Shown here piece after piece: positions 13,980-27,104 of a stretch of DNA of 54,796 bases (the first letter of the stretch is position 1; each line of letters starts with the position of its first letter). A program made the translations under genes and the position numbers. Source of the stretch: Octopus bimaculoides (taxonomy: Eukaryota); contig NC_069001.1 of NCBI RefSeq assembly GCF_001194135.2, forward strand, positions 1,012,500 through 1,067,295, read 5' to 3'. The notes under the pieces are model-generated. The model had not been told where the DNA came from and searched no databases. It saw only the letters and a program-made list of their open reading frames with translations.

Positions 13980-14335
13980 TGCATGGTTAAGAAGCTTGCT
14001 TCCCCACATGGTTTTGGGTTCAATCCCACTGTATGGCACCTTGGGCAAGTGTCTTCTATTAGAGCATCAGACCAGCCAGAAACTGTCACATGTGTATGTA
14101 TGTGTGTGTCTGTATTTCCCACCACCACCACCACTGCTTGAGAACCGGTGTTGGTGTATTTACATCCCCCATAACTTAGCAGTTTGGCAAAAGAGACCAA
14201 TAGAATAAGCAGCAGGCTTAATGAAAAAAAAGGTTTCCAGGGAAGGGGTCAATTCGTTTGACTAAAATTCTTCAAGGCGGTGCCCCAGCATGGCCACAGT
14301 CAAATGACTGAAACAAGTAAAAGATAAAATAAATA
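13980..14335 (+). mobile_element. SINE family A (tRNA head + CORE-like box), near full length
   Basis: A/B-box-like TGGTTAAG...GGGTTCAATCC, CORE-like GGCACCTTGGGCAAGTGTCTT, internal microsatellite, tail CATGGCCACAGTCAAATGACTGAAACAAGTAAAAGA shared with other copies in the window. Confidence 0.85.
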
Positions 14336-14514
14336 AAAAACCTCCTCACATTCTCATGTCTCAAAAAAGCAAAAAAACAAAAAAAAAGGGTCTTATCTCT
14401 AAGCGTTTACTTAAAACTAAAATACATCTCAGTGACATTCCGATATAAAAGGGATTTGTTAAAGAACTGTTAAAAATTCTTCGCAGCTGGGCTCCATCAG
14501 TGGTGTAGTGGTGG

Positions 14515-14580
14515 TGGTGGTGGTTGTCATGGTGTCGGTGGTGGTTGTCATGGTGTCGGTGGTGGTTGTCATGGTGTCGG
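14515..14580. repeat. 3 x 21-bp repeat (GGTGGTGGTTGTCATGGTGTC) inside a GGT/TAG trinucleotide tract
   Basis: Three direct copies are visible. Confidence 0.85.
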
Positions 14581-14586
14581 CGGTGC

Positions 14587-14623
<37 letters not shown>

Positions 14624-15059
14624 CGTAGTGTTGGTGGTGGTAGTAGTTTTATTTTGATACTCAGTAAGTCCTACCAACTCACCCTATTCCACACACACCC
14701 ACCATCCCAAACCAATTAATTATCAGGTAACCGATGACCCCTAAACAAAAATGTCAAAGGAAAGCTGATAGCACTTTCAGCCTCAATCTGTCTGTCTGTC
14801 TGTTTGTGTGCCAGTTTATGTATGTCTGTCTGTCTGTCACCCTCCACCCCCACCCCGAAAGCAGTACTGCTACCACCACCACCACCACCACTACTACTAC
14901 TGCATCAGTGTCTATTAAGTACAGCATTTAACAGAAGACTTAAACTATATAAAGTGCAGCTAAAATATGGCAGCCACTTATATTCAATTTGTCAGGTCCT
15001 ATCAGCTAATGAGATACAGCATAATTTAATAGAGGTGAGATAAGGGGAGAGATGAAGGG

Positions 15060-15148
<89 letters not shown>

Positions 15149-15263
15149 GTGAGTGAGAGGGAAAAGAGTTGTGAGTTAAGAGTGAGAGAAAAGGTGAGGA
15201 TGAAAGGGAGAGAGAGAGAGAGAGTGGAATATGTAGCAAGAGAAGAAAGGATAGAAGTTAAAG

Positions 15264-15295
<32 letters not shown>

Positions 15296-16331
15296 AAAGA
15301 GTGAAGAGAGGGAGATAGGATTGGTAGGAAAGAGAGGGGGGGAATGGGAGTGATGAGAGAAAAACAGAGAGAGATGGGCATACAACAGTGATGAGACAGA
15401 GAGAGATAAAGAGAGAAAGAAGGAGGAGCAGAAAGGAAAGAAAGAGAGAGAGAGAGCGAATGAGAACGGCAATGGCAGGTTGGGGGGCATGGAGGTTTAA
15501 CTACAAGAAAACTTCAAGAACATTCTAACTTTCCCTGATGCACTCCATTCCATTATCTATTGGAGATTCCTCTCTTCAAATTTACAAAAATGAACTAGAA
15601 ACTATCCAACCACATGACAGAAAAACAGGAAACTATTCATAATATTTCACTTCCTGTGTAATGACATAATTACATAATTATATACTTAACGAAGAGTTAA
15701 CAACAGAGAATCTATATGGTTGGTCAATTGCTCAACTTGCCAGAAAATGGCCTCTTTTATCTTTGATTTGTCTCAATCATGTGTAGATAGCCGAAAGGCT
15801 TGGATTGAGTGTTGCAGTGGAAATATCTTCATCTTTCTACCCTAGCAGAACCTTACACACACACATGATTAGCTTCTTTCAGTATCTGTCAAGCAAATCC
15901 ACTCACAAGGCACCGTTTGACTCAGGGCTATATTAGAAGACACTTGCCCAAGGTGCTGTGCAATGGAACTGAACCCAAAGCCACATGGTTACAAAGTGAG
16001 CTTCTTAATCACACAACCATACTAGTGGCAATATATATATACATACAAATATCTATACACATAGACAGACAGACAGACAGATGGATGGATGGATGGATGG
16101 ATGGATATTATATATATATTGGTATATACAATGGGGAGCTCAAAAGTTCCTGGCTTTGGGTTAAAAGAAGTTAATTATGATTTTATTCAACATATTCCCC
16201 TCTTAGATTCACACACTCATTGCAGTGATACTTCAGTTTTTCTACTCCCTATAAAAGGACTCGGAAGGTTGTACATCCAATCAGGCCTTTCACAAATTCC
16301 TTAAAGCCAGGAAATTTTCAGCACTCCCTTG

Positions 16332-16371
<40 letters not shown>

Positions 16372-17381
16372 TGGGAAGCAATCTCAACCACGCCAGTGCC
16401 AGTGCGACAGTTGTACAGTTAAGGACAATACACTCAGTAACACGCAGTACCATTACAGTTAACGAGGTTACATTTGTGACACAGGGTGACACAGTGTGAC
16501 ATAACTCTACAAAGGATAACAATTGGCACATCATATCGCCTTGTCCCAGATTTGCAAAAGGGGAATCAATTCTACAAGTGGCCTCATGTATTCACCCAAC
16601 TACCACACACATCTAAAAGGCATTGCTACCACAATCATACACATAGGAACAACTACTCCACACACACACACATGCGCTTGAAGGGTTTCTTGGTAACCAC
16701 AATCATTAGATCTTTCTTCCTTTCTTTCTTTCATTGTCTTCCTCGAATGTTTCCTGTGTTCCGTCAATGTGGGTGTGTCTGTATATATAAGTGTGGAGAT
16801 ATGTATTGTCATATATGTGTGTGGGTGTCTACATGTTTATCTGTGTGTGTGTGTGTGTGTGTGCATATGCATCCATACTCATCTGTGTGTGCATACAAAT
16901 ATGCTTGATGTCAGTGTTGCGTGTCATTCTGTGTGGTTATGAATGTGTGTATGTATGTGTGCCTATGTATGTGCAGTCATGTGTGTGTGTGTGCATACAC
17001 ATACATAACTTCTTTGCTTTTATGTGTGGATGTGTACATGCTTGCGTAAATATGTGCAGTCATATGTGCATGTACATGCACACACACACACACAAAACTG
17101 AAATTAGTTGTGAAAAAGATAGTTTAAATAATGAGACAGACCGGAGAGGGATAGGGGAGAGAGAGAGGGAGGGGAGAGTGAGAGAGGGAGGGGAGAGTGA
17201 GAGAGAGGAGAGAGTGAGAGAGAATGAGAGCAAGGAAGCAAGGAGGTGGGAGGTGGCAGAGTATGAGTTGCAGTGTGAGTGGGCAGAAAGATAAGAGACA
17301 TGACAAAGGAGTGAAGAATGGGTGGGGCAGAGAGAAGGGAATAGATGTGGTGGGGGAAGATGGCGGTGGTGACAGTGATAG

Positions 17382-17415
<34 letters not shown>

Positions 17416-18169
17416 ACAGTGGTGGTGGTGCTGGAGCTAGATGTGAGGGTGGCCATGGTGATAGTGGGGGGAGGATGTTGTAGAGGTGGTGGTGACGGTG
17501 GCAGTGGTGATGGTATTAGTGTTGAAGAAACATCAGAGCAATAGCCACGAATTACTACTTAGAGAAATACCATCATCATCATCATCATCAATAACACCAT
17601 CTCCACCACACCACCACCACCACCATCCCCATCATCTTCCTCATCAGCCTCCTTCTCGTGATATAACGAACTCATCTCCTTAACTGACACCACTCAGAAA
17701 GTGGATGACCTTTTTTTGGTGTCCCAGTGACCTTATAACCTAATAACTAGACACTAATGGGGGAGGGAGGGAGCTGGAGAGAGATAGAGAAAGAGACGAT
17801 AAAGGAGGGAGGGAGGATCAGTGAAAGAGAATGGGTGAGAGAGGAGGAGAGGTGGGCAAAAGAGGAGAGGATAGAGATGAGTGAGTGAGAAGGAATGGGT
17901 GAAAGAGAGAGTAAAAGATGGGAGAGTGAGGGAGAAAGGAAAGAAGACCCTGTTTTTGTTTTAATTAATTTTGAAAATAACAAATTTAATAAAATAATTG
18001 CCGTTATCAATTTGGTTTTTGGAACATAAATTAAGATGGAATTTTGATAGAAAGTGTCAATTGAGATCAGTTTTAAATTGGAAGTTTATTTTTAACAAAA
18101 CGGGGGCTTGTTTCAAAAGGGATAAAGAAAAAACCTAAGAAGAAAAGGTCAAATGAAATTATCACCATC

Positions 18170-18600
18170 TTTTAATGTCCATCTTCCATATTACCATAGA
18201 TCTGAGAGTTTGACAGGATCTGACTGTGAGCCAATATCTACTTTGGCATGGATTATATATGGCTGGATGCCCCTCTTAATACCAACCATTTTACAGAATG
18301 TACAGGGTGCTTTTTTGACATAACACCAGCACTAGTGAGGTTGTCTTGCCCTCAGCAAGTCTAGACCATCTTCCCAGCCCTATATTGCCTGTACTCAATT
18401 CAACACCCATTTCACAGATTGTACTGGGTGCTTTTTTCATGGCACCAACACTAGTGAGGCCGTCTGGCTCTCTGCAAGACTAGTCACCCCTCTTAACCCT
18501 ACATTGCTTCTATTTCATTCATTAAAATCATTTTCCAGGGGGTACCTGGTGCTAATTTTGTGGTTCTAGTGAAATTGCCATGCAGCTCACAAGCCTAAGA
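18170..18600 (-). mobile_element. SINE/LINE-tail family C copy with a triplicated ~121-bp internal module
   Basis: Tail TTTTAATGTCCATCTTCCAT...GGCTGGATGCCCCTCTTAATACCAACC, then GG(G)TGCT-anchored units at 18305, 18426 and 18548. Confidence 0.6.
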
Positions 18601-18798
18601 TACAATTAAATGAGGGGTTACAGTAGACAGGGAGGCAGTTCGATGTTAAGGTAATGAGAGTTAATGTAGGAAAGAAGGGACCAGAACAAATGTTTTATTA
18701 GAAAGGGCTACATTCAAATAAAGACAACTTTCTGTTTTTTTTTCATTTTAAAGTAAAAACGACAAAAAAAAATAGAGAATTGAAGGGAGCAGACTTAC

Positions 18799-19067
18799 GT
18801 TTGACCACAAAAGTTCCCCCCTCGGTATCTCTTTGTTCCTCTTTTGTTGCCTCAGAATCCTTCAGTTCTTCACTGGTGTCATCATCAGGAGATACGACGG
18901 GTGATGACTCCTTCTGGTCTAGATCTTCAATCACCAGCGGTGGTCGTGTATGGGTTGGTGATCCACCACTCACTGTCGCCCTTCTCTGCTTCGACTCAAC
19001 TTCCACCTTGTACTGCGGAGACTCAGAACCACTGCGGAACACCTCATTGTCTGTCTCGTTGCCATCC
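18799..19067 (-). CDS. cnk: CNK exon, Ser/Pro/acidic linker after the PDZ (269 bp, phase 2 to 1)
   Basis: Acceptor atttccgcag|G, donor C|gtaagt. Phase fits the previous exon (AA|G = Lys). DGNETDNEVFRSGSESPQYKVEVESKQRRATVSGGSP...TEGGTFVVK; GSESP recalls the CNK linker. Assigned on phase, splice sites and position rather than a strong domain. Confidence 0.8.
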
Positions 19068-19139
19068 CTGCGGAAATATAGAGGAAGAAGTGAGATCAAC
19101 GGAAAGGGATTCGGGGAGGTGGTGGAGGTGGTGAGAGTG

Positions 19140-19520
19140 GAAACCTGGCAGAACCATTAAAACCTCAGGGTCAACTTTGCTTTCATCCTTTCAGGGTTGA
19201 CCAAATAAAGTAGCAGTCATCTACTGGGGTCAGTGATATCAACTAATTGCCACTGCCCTCAAAATTGCTGGTCTTGTGCTTAAATTAGAAACCACAAAGG
19301 TAGTGAGCAGGTAAAATCGTTAGCACAGGTGACAAAATGCCTTACAATATTTCTTCTGACTCGTTTACATTTTGAGTTCAAATCCTGCCAAACTAAACTT
19401 TGCTTCTCCTCCTTTTGGGGGTCAATAAGATAAGCACTAATCAAGTATTGGGGTCAATGTAATCAACATACCCTAACCCTCCCCTCAAACTTACTGACCT
19501 TCTACTAAAATCAGGAAGAA
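19140..19520 (+). mobile_element. Two tandem SINE family B copies immediately upstream of the CNK 19067 acceptor
   Basis: GGTCAACTTTGCTTTCATCCTTTCAGGGTTGACCAAATAAAGTAGCAG and GAGTTCAAATCCTGCC...CTTTTGGGGGTCAATAAG. Other plus copies at about 23710-24018 and 28270-28490. Confidence 0.7.
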
Positions 19521-20174
19521 TTATCATAATTATTAGATTTCATTTTTCTATTATTATTATCACACTCCTCATTATTATTATTATTATTATTATTACTATT
19601 ACTATTATTATATTTCATTGCTTTTTCATATATTTTCACATTTATTATTTTTTTATTGATATTTTATATTTTTCAATTATTATACTTTATCATATTACTA
19701 CTACTACTAATATTAATTATTGCTATTGGTGTTATTATTATTATTGCTGTTATTTATTGTTGTTGCTGATGTTATTGGCATTATTATTATTATTATTATC
19801 ATCACCGTCATCATTATTAATGCACTGCTCATTTTACATGTAATTTCCTTGAACTTATCTCAACATTCAATCTGGACCCACTCTAATGGAACTGCACATT
19901 TCACAAGGTTCTTCTCTATAGATGCCAGCTGGATTTCACATTCACCATCTGTTTCTCTCTCTCTCTCTCTCTCCTCTCCTCCCTCTATCTACATATCTAT
20001 CTATCTATTACCACCTCACTAACACTTTGCTCCATCACAACCATCTCGGCTCTCTACCTCCTTCTCCCACTCTCTCTCTCTTTTCTCTCACACCACTTCC
20101 ACATTCAAGAACATTTCACTTCCTATCACCATCTCACACACTACATTGTGTGCGTGCGTGCACACGTTCCTGTG

Positions 20175-20222
<48 letters not shown>

Positions 20223-22397
20223 GTTTGAAAGCTGCCGATATAAACAAAGTAAATACTACAGTCGTAGTAGTACAAGGGCTACATTTTACTAATGTTGACT
20301 ATTGTTCTGTGACAACCATTAACCAGAGCCATTTACCATCATCATTGTTTTACATCTGCTTTTCTGTGCTTGCATGGATCGGATGGAATTTGTTCTATGA
20401 CTGGATGCTCCTCCTGTCACCAACCCTTGACTGTTTCTGAGTATGGTGATATTTCCCCTTGGTCAGACATGTTTTTCGTGGCACATCAAGAAAGACACTG
20501 CTTCTATGACAGTGACACTCGTTTACAACTGTCACACGATGTTCAGACAAGGAGACACAAATGTAGATACATACATGCATCTTTTATCTGTTTCAGTCAT
20601 TAGACTGTGGCCATACTGGGGCACCATCTTGAAGAATTGTAGTTAACCGAATCAACCCCAGTACTTATTTGTTAAGCCTAATACTTATTCTATCAGTCCC
20701 TTTGGCCAAACCACTTAGTTACAGGGATGTAAACACACTTTCCAACCACACATATAACATAGAAATGTCTGCATCTGCGCGCACACACACACACACACAC
20801 ACATAATAGTTCCGTCTGGAGCAACCAGTGACTATCAGAGATAGAAGGGATGGTGACTAAGAAGAGGATGGCAACAAGTGGAAACAGAGAGAGACAGAAC
20901 AATTTGTTAATTGAATTTTATTGACGTACACACGTTTCCCCCTCCTCAGACACAAAGAGAAATATGGTCACACAGAGAGAGAGAGGGAGAGGGGGAAAGA
21001 GACAGACATTAAAATGCCAGATGTCAAATAAGTCAGCATCGAATCAGTACCACCAAATACATGGCACCAAAATTGCCATACAGAAATGTTCCACAGCCAC
21101 AACACAGGCCTAATTGTCACCCCCTACAGTTAATGAAACCTTTAAATGATGTCAACCCCAAATGCATACAGAGTAATAGAGTGGCCCCCAAGTTAACAAA
21201 GAGGAACAGCTCCAGTTTGACAAAAACATTGACTCCATCTTGGAAGCAGTGATCAATGACCACCACCCCACCCCACAACATCATTATCATCAGACCAGAC
21301 ATAATGCAATATTAGAAAATTACTATTTGTAAATCTCACAACCAGAGATATTCAGCAAAAGTACTTTGGAGAAAAGATTGTTTGCCAACATAACATGGCA
21401 GTCCTGGTTTAGGATGAATGTTGCTGTAATTTAGCCCCAGGAGACATCATCTCCAGCTGGCTCTTACGACACGATCTGTGTCCTTATATTTTCAAACAAA
21501 GGAATTTAGCACCCTCAATCAGCTCAAAACAATAACCCGGAAATTGCGATACACAGATATATATATATATATATATACATATATTACATCCATTAGGCTA
21601 CTACCAGTTGTTCACCAATTAGCATTTTCAATTTATAATCGATTTTCACACACACAAAGATCTCCCCATTCTCCTGAAATAATAAGAAGAATGAGGAAAC
21701 GAACACTTCAAAAATAGATTTAATTAGCAATTTATTAATAAACTAGAAAATTTTGGAGACTATATTTTAAATAAGAACAACTGCTTTGTAAAAAAGCTGT
21801 GTGTGTGAGAGTATGTGTTTGTATTAGGAACATGTATGAGTCTCTCTCTTACATATAATCATTATGCCATTAACAATGGCTCAATTGCCAATCTCAATTA
21901 ATACTATACACCCACCCCTACCAATTCCACAGAAACAATTAGAAAGAATTAGGGAACAAATATTTTAAAATAGATTAATTAATATTAATTAATAAGCGAA
22001 CAAGTTTCCACAGTTATGAAATATAACAGAAACAACTATTCTGTAACAACTCTCTCTCTCTATATATATACATTTTGTGTGTGTGTATATATACATATAT
22101 ATATGTAAGTATTATATATANNNNNNNNNNNNNNNNNNNNNNNNNNNNNNNNNNNNNNNNNNNNNNNNNNNNNNNNNNNNNNNNNNNNNNNNNNNNNNNN
22201 NNNNNNNNNNNNNNNNNNNNATGTAAGTATTATATATAGATATATATATATATACACACATACATACTTAAACATACACACAAAGACATGTTCACACACA
22301 AACATATACACACACACATTCGCAAACTGAAGGATTTCCGTTCCTTTGGAAAATCTAATTTCGTGCTTAGTGTTTGTCCATCTCCAATACTCCCCAG

Positions 22398-22448
<51 letters not shown>

Positions 22449-22499
22449 TTAGCTTGCAAAACATACAAGCCAATACAACAAATACATACATACAGTCAT

Positions 22500-22550
<51 letters not shown>

Positions 22551-22684
22551 TATATATACACACAAGAATGTACAAACACGCATACAATATCTAACATGCA
22601 CAAACACAAGTACACACACACAGACATGTAAATTCAAATACACAAACCAAAGAACATGAACTTACAAACATATTACATGAAGGA

Positions 22685-22718
<34 letters not shown>

Positions 22719-23931
22719 GTGGAAAGTAGAGAGTGGGGTGAGGGAAGTGGAACGAAGGGATTATTTTTGTGATTAACTTGTAATTTAAGTAAAGTAACGA
22801 TAATATTTCTGACTGATGGCTGCTAGGGGTAGAGGGGAGGGGCATGCTGACATTCATTGCGATCATTATTATCATTATTATTATTATTATTTTTATTATT
22901 ATTAACATCATCATGATCATCACCACCATCATCATATTCATCATCATTACCACAGCCATCTTCATCACTATCAGCACCATCATTAGTATCACTATCATCA
23001 CCACCACAGCCGTCATCATCATCATCAACATTTTTCCTTGCTAAAGTTGTTGTTGTTGTCATTACCCAGTCCCCCCCCCCATCCCAGTCTCTAATGACAT
23101 CTGTTTAAATGGGATCCGTCCACCACCGATATCACACACTCATAACACCATGTGATAACAGCCTACACTTTTACTGCATGGCTTAGCTTGTTCCTCTCGC
23201 TGACAATTTCTTCTTCTTCTTCTTCTTCATGTGTGTGTGTGTGTGTCATGTCAGGTGCTGTACCCTATGTACCCAGCCACCCAATCACAGAACATACCAT
23301 CACAAGGAAAATGTAATACTTGGAAACATTTTTTTTTTCAGAGTCTATGTACGCACGCACACACACACACACACATGCACGCATGTATATATATATACAC
23401 ACACACGTATATACACACACGCATGCATGTATATAGACATGCACATACACACATGTATACACACATGCATGTATATACACACGCACATGTATACACACAC
23501 GCATACACATGTACACACACACACACGCATGTATATACACATGCATACACGCACTCACTCACGTGTACACACACGTACACAAACACACACTCTTCGTCTG
23601 AATGCCCTATCATTACAGCATTTCTTACATAGCAGCCACTCTTTATGACTTATGTCAGATTTTTATCTCTTCCTCCCCCCATCTCATCATCATCATCATC
23701 ATCATTATCAAGATGGCAGAATGGTAAGCACACCAGGCAAAATGCTGCTAAGCATTTTGCCTACCTTTAGGTTCTGGGTTCAAAAATTCCCCAAGGTCAA
23801 CCTTGTCTTTCATCTTTTCAGGGTCAATAGAATAAGTACCAGTTCAGCACTGGGGTCAATGTAATTGATTTGACCCCTGCCCTGAAATTGCTGGCCTTGT
23901 GCAAAATCTGAAGCCATCATCATCATCATAA

Positions 23932-23965
<34 letters not shown>

Positions 23966-24298
23966 GGTTGCAAGCTGGCAGAGTTGTTAGCATGTTGGGC
24001 GAAATGCTTAGCAGCACTNNNNNNNNNNNNNNNNNNNNNNNNNNNNNNNNNNNNNNNNNNNNNNNNNNNNNNNNNNNNNNNNNNNNNNNNNNNNNNNNNN
24101 NNNNNNNNNNNNNNNNNNNNNNNNNNNNNNNNNNNNNNNNNNNNNNNNNNNNNNNNNNNNNNNNNNNNNNNNNNNNNNNNNNNNNNNNNNNNNNNNNNNN
24201 NNNNNNNNNNNNNNNNNNNNNNNNNNNNNNNNNNNNNNNNNNNNNNNNNNNNNNNNNNNNNNNNNNNNNNNNNNNNNNNNNNNNNNNNNNNNNNNNNN

Positions 24299-24338
<40 letters not shown>

Positions 24339-24785
24339 TATATACACATATATATATACACACACACACACGCATGCATTGACTCACATTATTGAAGTGA
24401 TCCTAGGCAGGACTTGAGCCAACCCATCCTGAGTCATGCTTCACTATTGCCAGTCTGCCTGCATACATACATATCCTTGTGTTTGGACATTCAAACACAA
24501 GGACACACGGACACACACACACAGGGAAACAGGAAAGAGATTGAAGAGGTGTTGAGGGGAGAAATATATGTAAATACACACCCACCCACACACACACACA
24601 CATGCAGACATACATATATGTATAGCTACATACACATATATAGGTATACATGTATATACAAACACATACACACACACGTATATAAATGATGCAAGAATGG
24701 AAAAACGGATGTAAATTGGCCTTACACATACATTCATATACATATATATACACACATACATATGAGTGTGTGTGCATAGGAGCAG

Positions 24786-24872
<87 letters not shown>

Positions 24873-24972
24873 GAAGCAAAGTCATGAACACCACCACATG
24901 CATACAAATGTGAGAGGGAAAATAAACAGTTGTAAAATATACAAAAAGAACAATAAATAATATTCTCTCACA

Positions 24973-25010
<38 letters not shown>

Positions 25011-25624
25011 TGAAAGAGAGAGAGAGGTACAAGTGAGGGGAAAACACACACAACACATACAAATAACAATGACTATTCTTCTATCCTGGATCGATAGTCA
25101 TTTGTATTGGAGGACGTTTCACATCCCACACACACACACACACTGTCAGACACACACATGCACTTACAGGCATAGAGCCATCACTAAGAAGCAAGTATGA
25201 CTTGGTAAACATGTGTCATGCTTTTACTAATTGTTTTAGGTGCCTCCATGTTGTTGGGAACAAACATAGACACCGTGTCGGACTTCCTACCTCTTTGTTC
25301 CTGCAGAACATCAAAGATTTGACAATTGGAAGCGGGGAGGGAGGGAGAGAGAGACTAAAGCAACACTTGACTGTTTTTTATTTATAGCTGACTAGACTGG
25401 AGTAGCACGAAATGGATTGCCTTGCTTAAGGACACAGCATGCTGCCTGAACGGAACCCATGACCAAGCCCTAACCAATGTGTGGTGTGTGCGTGTGACCT
25501 TTGTCTTGTTTGAATCCAGGCACTTTCCAGGCAAGTGATACCAACTGTCCCCAAGCGTCAAAATCATAATGACTCCAGACATACAATAGGCTGATGAAAT
25601 GAGTTTATCCAGTGGTCCGAAAAT

Positions 25625-25710
25625 GAAGAGACAGGATGGTCATGATTGGAAGGCATTTGATAATAGGTCTTCTCAATCATGTTAGACCTAGGGTTAAAAC
25701 GACAACATCC
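25625..25710 (+). repeat. Interspersed repeat family D (GGATGGTCATG...GACCTAGGGTTAAA.AACAAC end)
   Basis: The same terminal motif recurs at about 35830-35860, 36585-36660, 46715-46790 (reverse) and partly at 53335-53500. Class unresolved. Confidence 0.55.
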
Positions 25711-26079
25711 TAGATGGATGGGGAAAAGTCAAAGGCACACATACCATCTTCCCCACCGCCTCAGTTATTATTTCATTCTTTGTCAGAGACAAAAGATGCA
25801 AAAAAAAAAAGAAGGAACATTCTTGAACCTTGGCTTTCTTTCAAACAACCCACCCCAAAACACTCCATTACCTCAAGCATCAGTCCACACCCTTTTTTGC
25901 TGTTTAATTCCAAAATTCCTTAATCTACTGCACCCTCCTCCTTTACCACCACCACACCCATCAACACCACCATCACTACTACCACCATGCCATCATTCCA
26001 ACTACAGCCATCACCAAAAAATAATGCAGACTTGAGTTGCAAGCTTCATGGTGGTGGTGGTGGCCTTGTTAGGATTGTT

Positions 26080-26112
<33 letters not shown>

Positions 26113-26388
26113 NNNNNNNNNNNNNNNNNNNNNNNNNAAGAGAGAGAGAGAGAGAGAGAGAGAGAGCTAGAGAGAGCTAGAGAAAGAGAGAGATCATTGT
26201 GCTAACTTGTTAGACACACATTTCACTCTCAGACTGAAGAGGAGTGTAAAGAGGAATTCTTGGGCTCAAAACAAAAACAAAAATGCAAGGAAGAACACTT
26301 CAGTCATTAGGAATGTGTTTTTTAATTATCTCTTAATTAATCAGACTGAAGAAGAAAAAAAAAACAATGATTTCACTCATCTCCCCAC

Positions 26389-26422
<34 letters not shown>

Positions 26423-26706
26423 GGTGCAGGCATGGCTGTGTGGTTAACAAGCTTGTTTCTCAACCAAATAGTCTTGGGTTCAAATCCACAATAGAGCACC
26501 TTGGATAAGTGCATTTTTCCTATATCCCCAGGCTGAACAAAGCCTTGTGACTGTTATGCATGCATGCATTCTTATCTGTTGTGTGCAGTCAGCTGCTGCA
26601 ACTATGACTCCATGGTTATATCATGACTGCAGTGGCCACTTACAACAAGGAAAACAAGAGAGAAGGGAAGAAAGGAGAAAGAAAGGTATGGAAATAAGAA
26701 ACCTAC

Positions 26707-26966
26707 TTGTTTGTATCAAAATCTGGAGCAACATCTGATGAAAGATACTCCTGGAACGATGCCCTGGATGGTTTCTCTTCGTCACGGCATCGTCGTTTCT
26801 TCAACGACTTGGGTAGGGTGGAGGTCTGCTGTTTGTTTGAGATCTTGCGTCGGTTGGGGATGTGTCCAAACGGGTTGGTGTGGTGAGGACGCTTCTTAAG
26901 TAAAAGCACGACTTCTTTCGGTTTCTCTTTCACATTCGAAACGAGTTTCCTTAATTGCCAGCCAAC
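26707..26966 (-). CDS. cnk: CNK exon, PDZ end plus basic linker (260 bp, phase 0 to 2)
   Basis: Acceptor cctctcttcag|GTT, donor AA|gtaggt. VGWQLRKLVSNVKEKPKEVVLLLKKRPHHTNPFG...DVAPDFDTN; VGWQL..LV and LLLKKRP are CNK PDZ-end hallmarks. Confidence 0.92.
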
Positions 26967-27104
26967 CTGAAGAGAGGCACAGAAACACAGGGAGGGGACA
27001 GTTAAGATTTCTTACATAGAATAAAAACTGAGATGTAGTGGTGTTCTTTCGTAGCTTCATCATATTCCCTTACAGACATCAATTAAACAATAGCCAAAGA
27101 GAAT

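Noticed and set aside
13980-14060. tRNA genes suggested by A/B-box motifs
   Set aside because: All such motifs are SINE heads without a complete cloverleaf.
16520-16580. Minus-strand NLGQGD resembling the CNK pre-PH DLG.GDC motif
   Set aside because: No following GWL, no phase-1 acceptor, and flanking residues are unrelated; treated as chance.
21604-21672. 69-bp AG/GT-bounded segment reading ENGEIFVCVKIDYKLKMLIGEQL
   Set aside because: Open only in phase 0. In the phase-2 context of this CNK intron it contains TGA, and the donor (gtagta) is weak.
25205-25305. Acceptor-like sites on both strands and a possible 10-nt microexon
   Set aside because: Not frame-compatible with the flanking CNK exons, and no recognisable product.
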